A DNA stretch of 64,000 nt from Octopus vulgaris (taxonomy: Eukaryota). Below, in pieces: positions 13,731-27,802 of the stretch (positions are counted from its first letter, which is position 1; every line of letters begins with the position of its first letter). The stretch lies in contig OX597826.1 in assembly GCA_951406725.2 (NCBI GenBank), positions 32,860,001 to 32,924,000 on the forward strand, in the 5' to 3' direction. The translations under genes and the position numbers were made by a program. Below the pieces are notes generated by a model that worked only from the letters and a program-made list of their open reading frames with translations, did not search any database and had not been told where the DNA came from.

Positions 13731-14519
13731 TTAGGATAATAAAGGATTATCTATAATACCTGATTAGCCATGTTAATAAGGTGCAAGGTTTTGGTCAAAC
13801 AGATCAATCCAAGTAAATATATGCTTACTCTTGAAATTTGGTTCTTATATCAGTTTTTTGCCAAACCACGAAATTATGGGGGTATAAAGAAACCAACAGT
13901 GTTTGTCAAATGGAGAAGTGACAAACACAGACACAAAGGCACAAACACACAAACACATACATACAACAGGCTTCCACACAGTTTCCATTTAGCAATTTAG
14001 CACATTCACTCACCAGGCATTGGTTGGCCAAGAGGAATCAGCCATGGGTTAGGTAATTTGTATTCTGCTAATGGTATTGTGATTGACTGTGGCCTAGTGG
14101 TTTAGGTGTTTGGCTTACAGTCAGAGAGTTTTGGTTTCAATTCTTCAAATGGATTGCATGTCATATTCTTGAGCAAGACACTTCATATCACATGGCTTCA
14201 GTAAATTGAGCTCAAAAGGAGTTCTGGCTGACTGCAGCCACAGAACTCTCACCCTCTGGTTCTTACATCTTTAATACCCTTGTGGGTCAATAATGTCCAA
14301 GCGAAGGAGGCATCTGCACGTAATTATGTAGATACCTAAAACAATTAACTCAGGCATGGTCTGTGCACGCAGGTGCCTGAGTGCTTATGCATGGGTTTGT
14401 GTGTGTGTGTTATATATATATATATATATATGAGAAATTACAATAAAAGTCTAGGGTAGAAAGGTTCTTGACAGGGTGCCATGACAGCTTGCAGTTTCAT
14501 GAAGTCACATTAGGGTTCG

Positions 14520-14660
14520 ATATTTATGTTTTCCAAGGAATATAAAACAACAGCCATCCATGAAGATTTGGTTTTTCGAAACTGTAGGCTTTTGCTTCAT
14601 TTTACATCTCAAGGAAACTCTTTTGAAATAATGTTGATGGAATTTACAGTGATGGTGGGT
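14520..14660 (+). pseudogene. Decayed RI-type LRR fragment
   Basis: VFRNCRLLLHFTSQGNSFE fits xxCxxLxxLxLxGNxF. Confidence 0.55.
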
Positions 14661-14798
14661 CATAGTCCAAGGAGGAGGAGGAGGGAACGAAGTAGAAGGA
14701 GGAGAAGCTGGGAAAGAAGAAGAAGAAGAAGAAGAAGAAGACTACAATTAAGAGTAAGAGTCAGGCCAATTCCAGAACAGAATGAAAAGAGTGAAAGA

Positions 14799-14866
<68 letters not shown>

Positions 14867-15418
14867 TTTGTAAAGTTTGAAAAAAAAACACAAATCAAAT
14901 CTCTCAAAAGAAGAAGAACATAAGAAAGACCAAACACAAGAAGAAGCGGCAGCAGCAGCAGGAAAGAGAAGAAGAATAAAAGACTTGGTATTGTTTCAAG
15001 GAACAAAGTGCCAATGTTCCATTCTTTGAAAGGATACAGACAGAAAATTAAACAAAGTTTAGTTTATCAAACAAAAGATGAATGAAAAAAAAAGAGAGAG
15101 AATATGAAAGTGTGTAAAAGAGGTAAGGAGTGGAGGAGGGATGGCGGTGGGTTGGTTTGTATTTCGGTCACTCAGTTGATCAGTGAGTCGGTGGGTCAGC
15201 TGGTCGGTTGGTCAGTTTGGTGAGTTGGTCAATGACTGGTTGGCCAGTCAGTTGGATGGACGAAAAGTGTGGTTGCAAGAATTTTACACGCAAAGGCGCG
15301 ATATTCTTCACCATCACCAACGCCACCATCACCACGACGACGACCATCACCACCAGCATATCGGGAAGTTGGAATCAATTCATTTAGCCTTTCTGTGATG
15401 AGTTTTATGTTTTTGAAT

Positions 15419-15461
<43 letters not shown>

Positions 15462-15500
15462 CCATTATCCTCTTCATCATCATCATTGTCATCATCATCA

Positions 15501-15541
<41 letters not shown>

Positions 15542-16103
15542 GTTATTATTATTATTATTTTTTTTTTCTGTGTTCTTTTTGACTTATTGATTTTGGATTA
15601 CTTTGGAAACACAACTTTGTCCTTCTGCCTTAATTAACAATCTTCAGTAGCAGAATAATATTTTTTTTGTAAATTTATATATGTGTGTGTGTAGGGGGGG
15701 GGGGGTCTGTATATGTGTATGTGTATATATATATATGTGTGTGTGCGTGTGTGTGCACACGCTTGTGTGTGTGAGTGTCTGCTTATGTATCTGTATATGT
15801 ATGTATGGGTGTATATGTGCATGTGTGTGAGTGTATGCATGTGCATGTACTTGTGTGTATGTGCATATGCATGTGTGTATGTATGTGTGTGTTTTCATTT
15901 TCTTTGTTTATATAAGTGATAATAACAATGGTAATAAGAATAACAACACTAATATGGATTTGTTTTATTCGATGCTGAGGGCGATGGAGGATGAGGGATG
16001 GGGGTAGCCCCAATAATAAAGATGATGATGATAATGATAGCTACAACAACAGTGAAAACAATAATGATGACAATAATTGCTTCTAATTTATAATAATAAT
16101 AAA

Positions 16104-16142
<39 letters not shown>

Positions 16143-16182
16143 AATGATGATGAGGATGGCAACAACAATAGTAATAATATTG

Positions 16183-16231
<49 letters not shown>

Positions 16232-16255
16232 CAATTGCTTCTAATTTATAATACG

Positions 16256-16322
<67 letters not shown>

Positions 16323-16655
16323 TTAATAATAATAATAATAATAATAAAACTAAAATAGAAATATAAAAATTAAAAATGTTGGTGATGTTGATAATGATGA
16401 TGATCATGATGATGAGGATGATGGTGATGCTGATGATGACAACGATGACAGCATTAGAAATCATCTTCACTATCATGATCAACGATGCCACCACCACCAC
16501 CATCACCACCACCACCACCACCACCACCACCACCACCATCACTACTACTACCATGACAATCATCATCAGCATCAGCACCATCACCATCATTATCATTGTT
16601 ATCCTCACCACCATCATCACCACCACCACCGATCTGCCACCTTTGCCATTGTCAA

Positions 16656-16691
<36 letters not shown>

Positions 16692-16849
16692 TACCATCAT
16701 CTTCATCACAAACATTTTTAAAACATCAAAGTCTACATTGTACATATTTCAATATTTGAAATTAGTTCACTAATTCCAAAGAAACACCAAGTAATTTTGT
16801 TATCAAAATCATCATCATCATCATCATCACCACCACCACCACCACCACC

Positions 16850-16896
<47 letters not shown>

Positions 16897-17005
16897 TACT
16901 TACCTTTGTTTTGCAGTGAATAAATCATTTCATTGTTGTAATATTTGATCTTGTGGCTTGCTGTTTCAAATTTATAATCTCACAACAAAATAAAATAATT
17001 AGACA

Positions 17006-17040
<35 letters not shown>

Positions 17041-17278
17041 AACGATGGTGATGACAGTAATGAGGACGGCAACGATGATGATGATGACGATAACAATCCT
17101 GATTATGACAGTAATGTTGATGATGATGACGATGATGATGCTAATGCTGATGATGATTCTGATGATGAGGATGGTAAATATTTACGATTGATTAGATCAA
17201 ACCAAGTAATTAACTGGCATTTCTTGTTTTTATCTCATCATCTACCCCAGCAACAAAAGCCTGAAATTTATTACCCTG

Positions 17279-17312
<34 letters not shown>

Positions 17313-17324
17313 TTCAAAATTTAG

Positions 17325-17489
17325 ACAGAGAAGGGAAAAAACGGTGAAAACTGGGTGAAAACAGAACAGGCTGAAGAAGGAGACGAAACCACGATACAAG
17401 GAACATTTGCAGAAAATTTTCTCATCAGTTGGTTTCTGAGACACCTTAGTGGTTCCATGCTATTTAAAACCAAGACCATTGTTATCTAA
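17325..17489 (+). pseudogene. Decayed LRR fragment (54 open codons)
   Basis: GDETTIQGTFAENFLISWFLRHLS. Confidence 0.45.
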
Positions 17490-17626
17490 TGGAAACGCCA
17501 GAGCATAGGGCTATAGGGAAAAGCTGACAATAGCAAGGTACCATAGGCTGGAGGCAGAAAAGTCCACTATTTATGCAAGACTCAAGGAGTTCCAATAAAA
17601 CCTGTGATAAAAATAAAATAATATAT

Positions 17627-17859
17627 ATTTCTTTATTGCCCACAGGGGGAGGCAAACACAGAGGGGACAAACAAGAACAGACAAAGTGATTAAGTCAATT
17701 ACATTGACCCCTAGTGCATAACTGGTACTTATTTAATTGACCCCAAAAAGATGAAGGCTAAAGTCGACCTTGGTGGAATTTGAACTCAGAATGTAACAGC
17801 AGACGAAATACCGCTAAGCATTTCACCCGGCATACTAAAGATTCTGCCAGCTTGCTGCC
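17627..17859 (-). mobile_element. SINE family B, near full length
   Basis: Reverse complement of the copy at 53433-53663, including the tail. Confidence 0.9.
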
Positions 17860-17925
<66 letters not shown>

Positions 17926-17931
<6 letters not shown>

Positions 17932-18027
17932 ATATTTATATGCATGTATACAATGATAGTGATAATTATATATATATATATATATAATTATCACTATCAT
18001 TGTATACATGCATATAAATATCATCAT
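17926..18027. repeat. Perfect 102 bp palindrome centred on (TA)n
   Basis: atgatgatatttatatgcatgtatacaatgatagtgataat-(TA)n-attatcactatcattgtatacatgcatataaatatcatcat; no mismatches seen. Confidence 0.95.
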
Positions 18028-18308
18028 CATCATCCTCATAATCATCATCACTGTCATCATTCATTATTTGCCTCACTTGTTTTTGAGAAAGATAACATTT
18101 CCCCCATAACCAGACATGTCTTTCATGAAAGACTGGAAACACATAACATTGCTTGTATGACAGGGATGCTCATTTACAACTACAATAGGATTTTAAGACA
18201 AGGTTATATACACACCTGTGCATGTGGATATATAGTATGTGAATGTGTGTTTGTATACACATCTGTCTATCTATTAATTGATTTATTTATCTACCTATCT
18301 ATCTATCC

Positions 18309-18391
<83 letters not shown>

Positions 18392-19059
18392 AATCTAACC
18401 CATGCCAGCATTGAAAATGTCTGTTTCTGATGCTGGCATGGGTTGGATGGTTCGACAGGTGCTACCCATCCTTCATAGTTTCTACATATATGGTCCCTGT
18501 TATATATTTTATGGATATATTTCTAACATATATGGGTTATAATTTATTCCTCTAACTGTTCATTCCACAACAATGACAGTATGGTATTTAAAATATCTAA
18601 ACAATTATTTAACTTTTGTTGACTTATTCCATACATACATACATACATACATAGATCATCATCATCATCTTCATCGTTTAAGGTCTGTTTTCTGTGCTAG
18701 CATGGGTATATATGAATATCCATCCATACATACATGCATACATATTTACATACAAGCATATGTGTGTGTGTGTGTTTATATATGTATGTTTGTATATATG
18801 TGTATATATTTCTACAAGTAAACACACACACATATATACATACACATCTATGTATGTATATATCGAATAAGCCTGCAAAAAGCTAAATAATTGCTTTCAT
18901 GTATATATATATGTATGTATGTATGCATGTATGTATGTATGTATGTATGTATGTATGTATGTATGTATGTATGTATGTATGTATGTATGTATGTATGTAT
19001 GTGTGTGTGTATGTATGTATATACACATATGAATTCTTGAAAATTATGATTTATTTTGC

Positions 19060-19440
19060 AGTAAAATTTAATGACTTTAAATCGGTACATTGTTGGTGGC
19101 AGAGAACTCCGAGACTCTAAGATCAGTCTTTGGAAAACTTGCTTCCGCTTTGAAACAAACTTCAACTAATGGAGATCTCTTGAGAAAGTTTTCTGCATTG
19201 AATCCGCAAAAGAAAAATGGAAGACATAAGTATAGAATTCTGAATAATACTCATAGAAATAAATGTTCCATTTGATGAAAGTTTCTTTGGGAAATATTTC
19301 TTTTTAATTTTCTAATTACTTTTGTGGAATTTCAGTATATGCAGGTGAAAGGTGTGTATTCCTGTTAAGTCTGCAGCCTTATAAACTGGTCAGATAGCTC
19401 CTTAACACTCAAGAAAGATGGACCCAATATAGTCGTTAGT
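19060..19440 (+). pseudogene. Decayed RI-type LRR fragment
   Basis: VFGKLASALKQ/LQLMEIS* and YAGERCVFLLSLQ. Confidence 0.55.
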
Positions 19441-19889
19441 TGAACCATTCAAGTATTGATCTTTACTGAAAGTGCCTGATGTGGCGCCTGAAGGCATTAA
19501 TATAGAAAACTTATTTTATATATGTATACATATGTGAGTGTGTGTGTGTATGTGTGTGTGTGCATATACATACAACATCTGCATGTAAATATCTATCTAC
19601 CTACTCACACCTACTCTCTTTCTCCCCCTCTCTCTCATATATATATATATATACACACATATATTTACGTATGTATATGCATATATCCATATCTCTCTGT
19701 TTCTCCCTCTTTCTTTATATATATATATGTATGTATAGACACCCATATATAAATGTATTATACATACATATATATACACACACACACAAACAGACATAAT
19801 AAATATGCATGTCCTTGTGTGTAAATACATATATATACATGTGAGTGTATGTACGTGTCTATGTGTATCTATATGCACATGATTGTATG

Positions 19890-19938
<49 letters not shown>

Positions 19939-19949
19939 GTATATATATG

Positions 19950-19986
<37 letters not shown>

Positions 19987-20609
19987 GTGTATATGTGCAA
20001 GATAATTACGTGTATATATACATAAGAATGTGAATAACTAACCAGCCAATGAAAATGTTTTAAAATGTATTAGAAATTCTTTAGAGCCATTCTCCAAAAT
20101 GTTGAGATGTTGAGATGGCATAGTATTATTATAAAGAGTGGCATTTAAGCAGGATTTATATTTAGAAATAGGAATGGTTTGAACGATGCATTTCCTATCA
20201 GATGTAATTTAATAAAGCATTTCTTACGAAAGACTCTGTAAGGAGGCTGGAAAAGAAGATTATGGCGAAAAATAACAAAGAATGTTATAACTGTATCTTT
20301 CACATAAGTTTCGTACATTCAGTTACATATATACATATTTATTTATATATCTACATATATATGTGTATACATGTGTGTGCGTGTATCTGTATATATATAT
20401 ATGTATCTATCTACCTTTCTATTTATGTGAGTGTGTGTGTATATGCATATACATACATATATATAAATGCATATATATATATATGCATGTATTCACACAC
20501 ACATACATATATGCACATCATCATCATCATCATCATCATCATCATTAACCTCCGCTTTCCATGCTGGCATGGGTTGGATGGTTGCACATATATATACATA
20601 TATATGCAT

Positions 20610-20643
<34 letters not shown>

Positions 20644-21229
20644 AGGCATACATACAAACACTCACATAAGTAGAAAGGTAGATAGATAGGTAGATAAAGA
20701 TGTAGATAGACAGGTAGATAGATAGATATAGATACACATATTTATATGTATTTTATGCAGATTCTTCTATGCTGGTTTGCTTTATGAATCATCATCATCA
20801 TTCTCATCACCATCATCATGTAACATCTGCTTTTCCACCCTGGCATGGGTTAGATGGTTCAACACGATCCTACAAATCTGAAGACTGAAACTGAGTCACA
20901 GCATCTGCTTTGGCAAGGATTCTTTGATGTGATGCCCTTACTACTGACAACCACATCCCAGAGGGCAATGGGTACTTTCTCCCTAACACTGGCACTAGAG
21001 AAATCACCAAGACCTTTACAAGATGTGACCCCTCAACTGAGGGAAAGTGAAATACTGAGAGAGTTGGCTTTATTCCAGTGTTGCCTTTTACCATTCCATA
21101 GTGAATGAAAAAATATACCTGTCTTTTACTGACGCTGACAGAATCACTTGTCTCACTCTATTCAAAATTGCTGATCTTGTGCCAGTGAATTTAATTCCAA
21201 AATCTTTTTTGTTCTGTTATGGAAGGAAT

Positions 21230-21640
21230 TGTATTTCTGAGAATATTGGAATATTGCTGTAATGTGTAATTCTTTGATATGCTGTCTCTTCTCTCACCCC
21301 ATTGACTTCCATATTACATAACATGGAAGCCATGAAAAAACGGTAAATGATACGGAAGTGAATGAGAAAAGGGTTTTCCTTTTTAAGAATTCTATGTCAG
21401 AGAAGTATTTTCAAGAATGGAACACTTCTGTAATGTAGGAGATGTCAGTATTAAGCCTCTTCAAAACTCAGGAAAGATCTATGTTTGGGTATTGTTTTCA
21501 CATCTAGAATAGTATTACTGCTGTGTACAAACATCTTTGACATCATCCAGCAAAATGCCACTCAAACAAATATCAGGCATTATGAGTTACTTACTGACTT
21601 CACAAGTGCCAATGCTTTGGCAAAGGCATGCAGTATATGT
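21230..21640 (+). pseudogene. Decayed RI-type LRR fragment
   Basis: LRILEYCCN, CNVGDVSIKPLQNS and SANALAKA. Confidence 0.55.
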
Positions 21641-22447
21641 TTTAGAGCAGGTTGTGATCAGGAAGGGCATCAAGTCATAGAATCCATGCCAAAGAAAATA
21701 CCAGACCTCAAATGCATTCTTCTGATTTGGCAGATCCTGTAGAACCCTCCAACACTTGCGAACATAGAAAACAAATATTAAAGGATATATTCCAGCATGT
21801 CTGGCACAATGCCATGTTGTTTTCTCTTTCTGCCATTTCCACCACTATGACAATGGCCTCTGCTCTTTGGAACTGGCTCATCCTGTACTACCACTACCAC
21901 CACGACCACTGCCACCACCACGACCACTGCCACCGCCACCACCACCACCACTACCACCACTACTCAGTTACTCTCTCATATTCTCTTCCTTTTCCTATCG
22001 CCCAAGTCATGTCTAATGTACCAGTCCATCTCTGACCATCAAGCCAAAATTCTCCTCAGAACTTCATCTCCCAAGAATGCCCTCATTGCATATGTATTCA
22101 TTGCTGTTGTTGACTTGCAACAGTTTAAACAGGACATTAACAGCATCGACCTCATCAATCTCAAAGGGACTGCAATGGCTATAGGCTGTGACCCCTCAGC
22201 TGAACCTAAACGATTTAAATAAAATTATTCCGAAGAATAAAAGGAATACCCATAGCATTATTACTGGACATGAAGTGGGTTGATGGGGGTGTTTTTTACT
22301 TGGGTTAGATATCTAATCCTAATGGTTGTGGGGGTATAGTGTGGAAGTGGGCAGTTAATTAACATTGCAAGTATATGTGAGTGTGTGTGTATGTGTGTGT
22401 GTGTATGTGTGTGTTTGTGTGTATATGTATTTGTATATGTATGTATG

Positions 22448-22932
22448 TCATTATTCAGTTTTATTCTCATGCTTATAGTTGCCTATCTAGACATGTTCAT
22501 ATATATTCAAATGATATTTAAAGATAAACTTCTGGAAAGTTTTACAGATTTTTACAGTTCCAGTGATGGCTTGAATCTGTAGTCTTCAAATCAGCTTTCT
22601 CCTTTCTGGTTTTGACAAGCCTAATTTCTCAAGACTGGTATTCAGGCAGTGTGTTGCATATCCCAGTGCCCCTATAATTACAGGTATAAACCTGAACTTG
22701 TAATCTGGATAGAGTAGCTGTTTGTTTCTCAATAGTTCTGTGTAAATATTTTCTTTTGCATTGGTCTTTATGTTAACTTCTGCTGGGCGGTTGATTTCCA
22801 CAACTGCACACAGTTTCTCTTTCTTATCCCAAATTACTATGTCAGGTCTATTGTGTTTACATTTTATTGAGGTTTTCAGTGAGATATTCCACCAGCACTC
22901 CTTTTTATTATGAGTGGCTATGGCTTCTACCA
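22448..22932 (-). mobile_element. 5'-truncated non-LTR retrotransposon with restriction-like endonuclease (R4/Dong-like)
   Basis: WWNISLKTSIKCKHNRPDIVIWDKKEKLCAVVE...IPVIIGALG is the RLE PD-(D/E) region. It continues past an in-frame stop into a short 3' UTR with AATAAA. Both ends abut (CATA)n. Confidence 0.85.
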
Positions 22933-23089
22933 TGTATGTATGTATGTATGTATGTATGTATGTATGTATGTATGTATGTATGTATGTATGTATGTATGTA
23001 TGTATGTATGTATGTATGTATGTATGTATGTTTGTATGTATGTATGTATGTATGTATGTATGTATGTATGAATGTATGTATGTATGAAT

Positions 23090-23620
23090 CAATGATGGCT
23101 TAACTGCCTGGAACTTCAAAGTAACTGTGATTAATATTCTTGTTTAAGAATAATAAATTTGTCCTCTACAAAAGTGTAAAGTAAATTATCAGATTAATGT
23201 AAAATTAAAAATAAAAACACACAGACACACACATATATATTTATAAACTATCATTTACATATTTTAATATGTGAATAAGGGATCAAATGGTGAAATATTT
23301 AAAGTCAAGGGGCAATTGATGGAGGAAGGGTTAAGGACCATCGTCTTACTTGATGTTTATCATCAAATTGTATCAGTTAATGTAGCAACAGTAGCCTCAG
23401 CAACAATTCTATAAGATTAGTCTCATTATTTTTAATGAAGACATGACATTTACAATATGTCTGCCATCAATTTAAGTGAATATATTAACAGTAGCAATTA
23501 CTTGACAATAATATTTGACTTGAAGAACAATTTGCCTAAACTTTGCTGGTGCAGATCTTTAGTGATGAGGCAGAAATCTATTCAGAATCTACACATCTTA
23601 CATTAAATTTTATAAGCATA
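23090..23620 (+). pseudogene. Decayed RI-type LRR fragment; the best-preserved run of several repeats
   Basis: LNCLELQSNC; GLRTIVLLD/LSSNCIS; SAINLSEYINSSNYLTIIFDLKNNL; SIQNLHILH*. Confidence 0.7.
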
Positions 23621-23692
23621 CAATGCTATTCAAATGTACAACGATGTCTATTATGTACAATAATTATGTATGTTTTTATATGTGTGTCAATG

Positions 23693-24027
23693 TGCATAGC
23701 TCAGTGGTTAGAGTGTCGAGCTTACGATCATGAGGTTGTGACTTCGATTCCCGGACCGGGCTGCGTGTTGTGTTCTTGAGCAAGACACTTTATTTCATGT
23801 TGCCTCAGATCACTCAGCTGTAGAAATGAGTTCCAACATTACTGGTGCCAAGCTGTATCGGCCCCTTTGCCTTTTCCTTCGATAACATCAGTGGTTTGGA
23901 GAGGGGAGGCTGGTATGCATGGGCGACTGCTGGCCTTCCATAAACAACCTTGACCGGACTTGTGCCTCGGAGGGTAACTTTCTTGGTGCAATCCCATGGT
24001 CATTCATGACTGAAGGAGGTCTCCCAT
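23693..24027 (+). mobile_element. SINE family D (tRNA-derived), full length
   Basis: A box tagctcagtggt, B box acttcgattcc, then gtgttcttgagcaagacacttt; an inverted copy lies at 50021-50343. Confidence 0.9.
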
Positions 24028-24731
24028 TTATATATGTATGTATATAAATATAAAATGAGAGAGAGCCTGTCATGAAGGAAAGAAAAACATCAAAGTATAA
24101 AAATTAAAAAAAGGGATTTTCAAAGTTGATGTTATTCGGTTAATGCTCAAAGGGGGGAAAAGTTATGAAGTGTAAGTTACAGAATAAGTATAAGATTTTA
24201 AACAGAGTCTTTTGTTGGATATTGAGAAAAATCTAGGGAAGAGAGAAATGAATGGAGGAAAGGAGATCAGAAAACAGAACCAGAAAAAAACTCATTTATA
24301 TATATATGTATATATATGTGTGGGTGTATGTGTGTGTATGTATTTGTGTGTTTATGTCCCCATAACTTAGTGGTTTGGGAAAAGAGACTGATAGAATAAG
24401 TGCTAGGCTTACAAACAATAATTCCTGGGTCGATTTGTTTGACTAATTAGTTGAGATGGTGCAGCATGGCTGCAGGTAAATGACAGAAACAAATAAAAGA
24501 ATGAAATAAAAGAATATATATCATCATCATCATCATCATCATCATCATTATCATTTAACACCTGTTGTCCACGCTGACATGGGTTGGACAGTTTGGCCAG
24601 AGCTGGGAAGCTGGTGGGGCTGCACCAGGCTCCAATCTGATTTGGCAAGGTTTCTACAGTTGGATGCCCTTCTTAACACCAATCTCTTTATAGTATGTAC
24701 TGGATGCTATCACATGGCACTGCATTGGCAC

Positions 24732-24769
<38 letters not shown>

Positions 24770-24779
24770 TCTTTTATCC

Positions 24780-25120
24780 TTTTCTTTTATTTGTCACAGT
24801 TATTTGTCTGTGGCCATAGTGGAGCACTGCCTTCAGTTGAACATATCAACCCCAGGACTTATTCTTTGTAAGCCTAGTATTTATTTTATCATTCTCTTTT
24901 GCTGAACTGCTAGGTTATGGGGACGTAAACACACCAGCATCGGTTGTCAGGTGATGGTGGGGCGACAAACACACATACGACAGGCTTCTTTCAGTTTCCA
25001 TCTACCAAATCCACTCAAAAGACTTTGGTCAGCCCGAGTTTATATGGTGCCACACAGTGGGACTGAACCTGGAACCATATGGCTGGAAAGCAAGCTTCTT
25101 ACGATACAGCCACTCCTGCA
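24780..25120 (-). mobile_element. SINE family A
   Basis: Tail-to-head match to 41445-41852. Confidence 0.85.
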
Positions 25121-25559
25121 TGTATGTATATAGAAATTTGTTTTGTACATATGAGGTTCTGGGGTTCTGGGAATGATTTCTTTGAATGGCACCTTGGGCA
25201 ATTTTTTTTACCATAATTCTGGGCATGATGTTGGACCACTCCAACCCATGCCATCATGGAAATGCAGACATGAAATAATGCTACTGCAGCTACTACTACT
25301 ACTGTTGTTAACGATGATAATGATGATGATGATGACAATGGCAACAACAGTGTCGAAGATGATATATATTTGAGTGTGTATAAGCATGTTCGAATCGCAG
25401 ACGGTTAATATCCTTGTCATCTACACCCTTGACAATGCTCATATGTATTCTACACCTAATATTTAAACTTGTGAACTCATTTCCTTTGTTTGTTTTAAAT
25501 TTTCTTGTTCCTTTTTGTTTTATTTGCTCTTCTCTATTCTAATTTATTCTTTTGTGTAT

Positions 25560-25610
25560 TATCCTTATAAATATTATCATCATCATCATCATCATTATTA
25601 TTATTATTAC

Positions 25611-25661
<51 letters not shown>

Positions 25662-25683
25662 CATCCTCATCATTAACATTGTT

Positions 25684-25724
<41 letters not shown>

Positions 25725-25738
25725 TATAATTGTTATTA

Positions 25739-25769
<31 letters not shown>

Positions 25770-25827
25770 CATCCTCATCATTATCATTATCATCATCAAC
25801 ATCATTCTTCTTCTTCTTCTTCTTCTT

Positions 25828-25858
<31 letters not shown>

Positions 25859-25925
25859 TTATTATTATTATTATTATTGTTATTTTTATAATTATGTTTA
25901 TTATTATTATTATTACTCTTCTTAT
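25560..25925. repeat. Compound (ATT)n/(ATC)n/(CTT)n microsatellite
   Basis: Direct reading. Confidence 0.95.
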
Positions 25926-26984
25926 TAAGATTCCATCTTTAATAATACGAAACCTGTATTTTTCGTTTTTGTTTTTGGTATTTTTTTTTTTTTTTGCGAG
26001 AGTGAGCAGTTTGATTTTTCTTTAAAATAGCAATGCCAATTTTCATCTGATTAAAATTTAAATTGGATGTCAAAACTAAATTAAAGATGTCCAGTGCCAG
26101 ATTAATACAATGCCATATGATTATTGTACTCAGGAGTGCATTAGTATTCATAACTCTCATTATTTTATGTTGTTGTTCTTGTTGTTGGTGTCGGCAGTTT
26201 TCTTTTTCGCTTGTATATTTGTTTATGTTTGTGTTTTTGTTATAGTCTATAAAACCTTGCCCTCTTTCTCGAGGACTATCACGGCATGTATGCGTTAGTG
26301 TGTGTGTGTGTGCATATATATGTGTATGTGTGAGTATTCGTGAATGCATGCGTGTAATTGCGTATGCCTGACATTATTGTAACAAGTGCTTGAGTGTGTG
26401 TGAGTGTATGTTTATATGTGTATGTGTGTGTTTAAACTATAATGCCTTGCTCTCTTCCTCACACCATTGGTGTATCTCAGCATGCATATGTGTGTGCATG
26501 CATGTGTGTGCAGTGTGCGTGTGTGTGTATGTGTTTGCATCTAAGTGTGTATATGTCACTGCATGTATGTGTGATTGAATATGCCTCACACTTTTGCAAC
26601 AGGTGTATTTCTTTTAGCGTGTGTGGGTGTATCAATGTAACACTGTATCTGCATGTGTGTATGTAACACTGTGTGTATATAGTGTCTATGTGTATAATAC
26701 TCAATGCATTTGTGTTTATTAGTGTGTGTGTGAGTGTGTTTACATGCATAGAAATATATATATACATACATGCATACATAAATACATGCACACATAATAT
26801 ACAAATATACACACACACACACACATATATATGTATATGATAAAATAAGGACCAGTTGTGTCCTGGGCCTATGTAATCAACTTACCCCTTCCCTAAATTT
26901 GCTGGCCTTGTACCAAACTTTGAAATCAATATATATATATATATATATATATCCATATATATATATAAATATTGATATACTTGT

Positions 26985-27390
26985 TCTTTTATTGTTTTAC
27001 TTGTTTCAGTCATTTGACTGTAGCCATGCTGGAACAGTGCCTTTAGTCAAAAAAACTGCCCCCAGGACTTATTCTTTGTAAGCCCACTAGTTATTCTATC
27101 AGTGTCTTTTGCCAAATCTCTAAGTTACGGGGACGTAAACACATCAACATCAGTTGTCAATCAATGGTGGGGGATAAACTCAGACATAAAAACTTATACA
27201 TGTACATATATACATGCATATATATGCATACAATGGGCTTCTTTCAGTTTCCATCTATCAAATCCACTCACAAGGCTTTGATTGGCCCAAGGCTATACTA
27301 GAAGACATTTACCCAAGGTACCACACTGTGGGACAGAACTTAGAACCATGTGGTTGGTAAGCAATGTACTTACCACACAGCCACTCCTTT
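26985..27390 (-). mobile_element. SINE family A, full length
   Basis: Tail-to-head match to 41445-41852. Confidence 0.9.
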
Positions 27391-27556
27391 GCCTATATAT
27401 CTATATATATCTTTTTACTTATAAATGTCTTGAAAACTCCTCACAGCCTTGGCTTTGTTATCTCTTTTTGTCTAACACACACACACATATATTATATATC
27501 TAATATATATATATATATATACAGAGAGAGAGAGAGAGAGGGAGAGAGAGAGAGAA

Positions 27557-27800
27557 GATATATATTTGTTAAAGAAAACAACAAACTTTAAGGCAAGGTA
27601 AACATCTCAAGTCATATACATTATTATTGGAAAAAATTTAAAGTCTTCCAGTGGTTTCTGATGATGGAATATCCCATAATCTGGGATATCCCAGAAACAG
27701 ATGTAAGACTGAATTTTTTCCAATAATAATAATAATATATATGACTTGAGATGCTTGCCTTGCCTTAACGTTTGTTGACCTCTTTAACAATTATATATCT
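27557..27800. mobile_element. About 240 bp fold-back element with a central hammerhead motif
   Basis: Arms tttgttaaaga..taaggcaaggtaaacatctcaagtcatata..tattattggaaaaaatt / aattttttccaataata..tatatgacttgagatgcttgccttgcctta..tctttaacaa. Confidence 0.8.
27653..27710 (+). ncRNA. Type I hammerhead ribozyme motif
   Basis: GGTTT-CTGATGA-TGGAATATCCCA-TAATC-TGGGATATCCCA-GAAA-C-AGAT-GTA-AGACT; stems I and II pair and the core is intact. Confidence 0.8.
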
Positions 27801-27802
27801 GC

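Noticed and set aside
7781-17489. Apparent three-exon gene for a small secreted protein (7781-7945, 14538-14654, 17325-17489; all phase 0 with AG/GT; MCWCIVFAAFLDAG looks like a signal peptide)
   Set aside because: The signal-like start is better explained as a frameshifted LRR (FCSIS/DAGVR), all three pieces look like decayed LRRs, and the splice sites are weak. Spliced RNA-seq reads would revive it as an exapted gene.
23693-23765. tRNA gene candidate
   Set aside because: It is the head of a SINE that continues into a body repeated at 50021-50343, and it lacks a proper acceptor stem.
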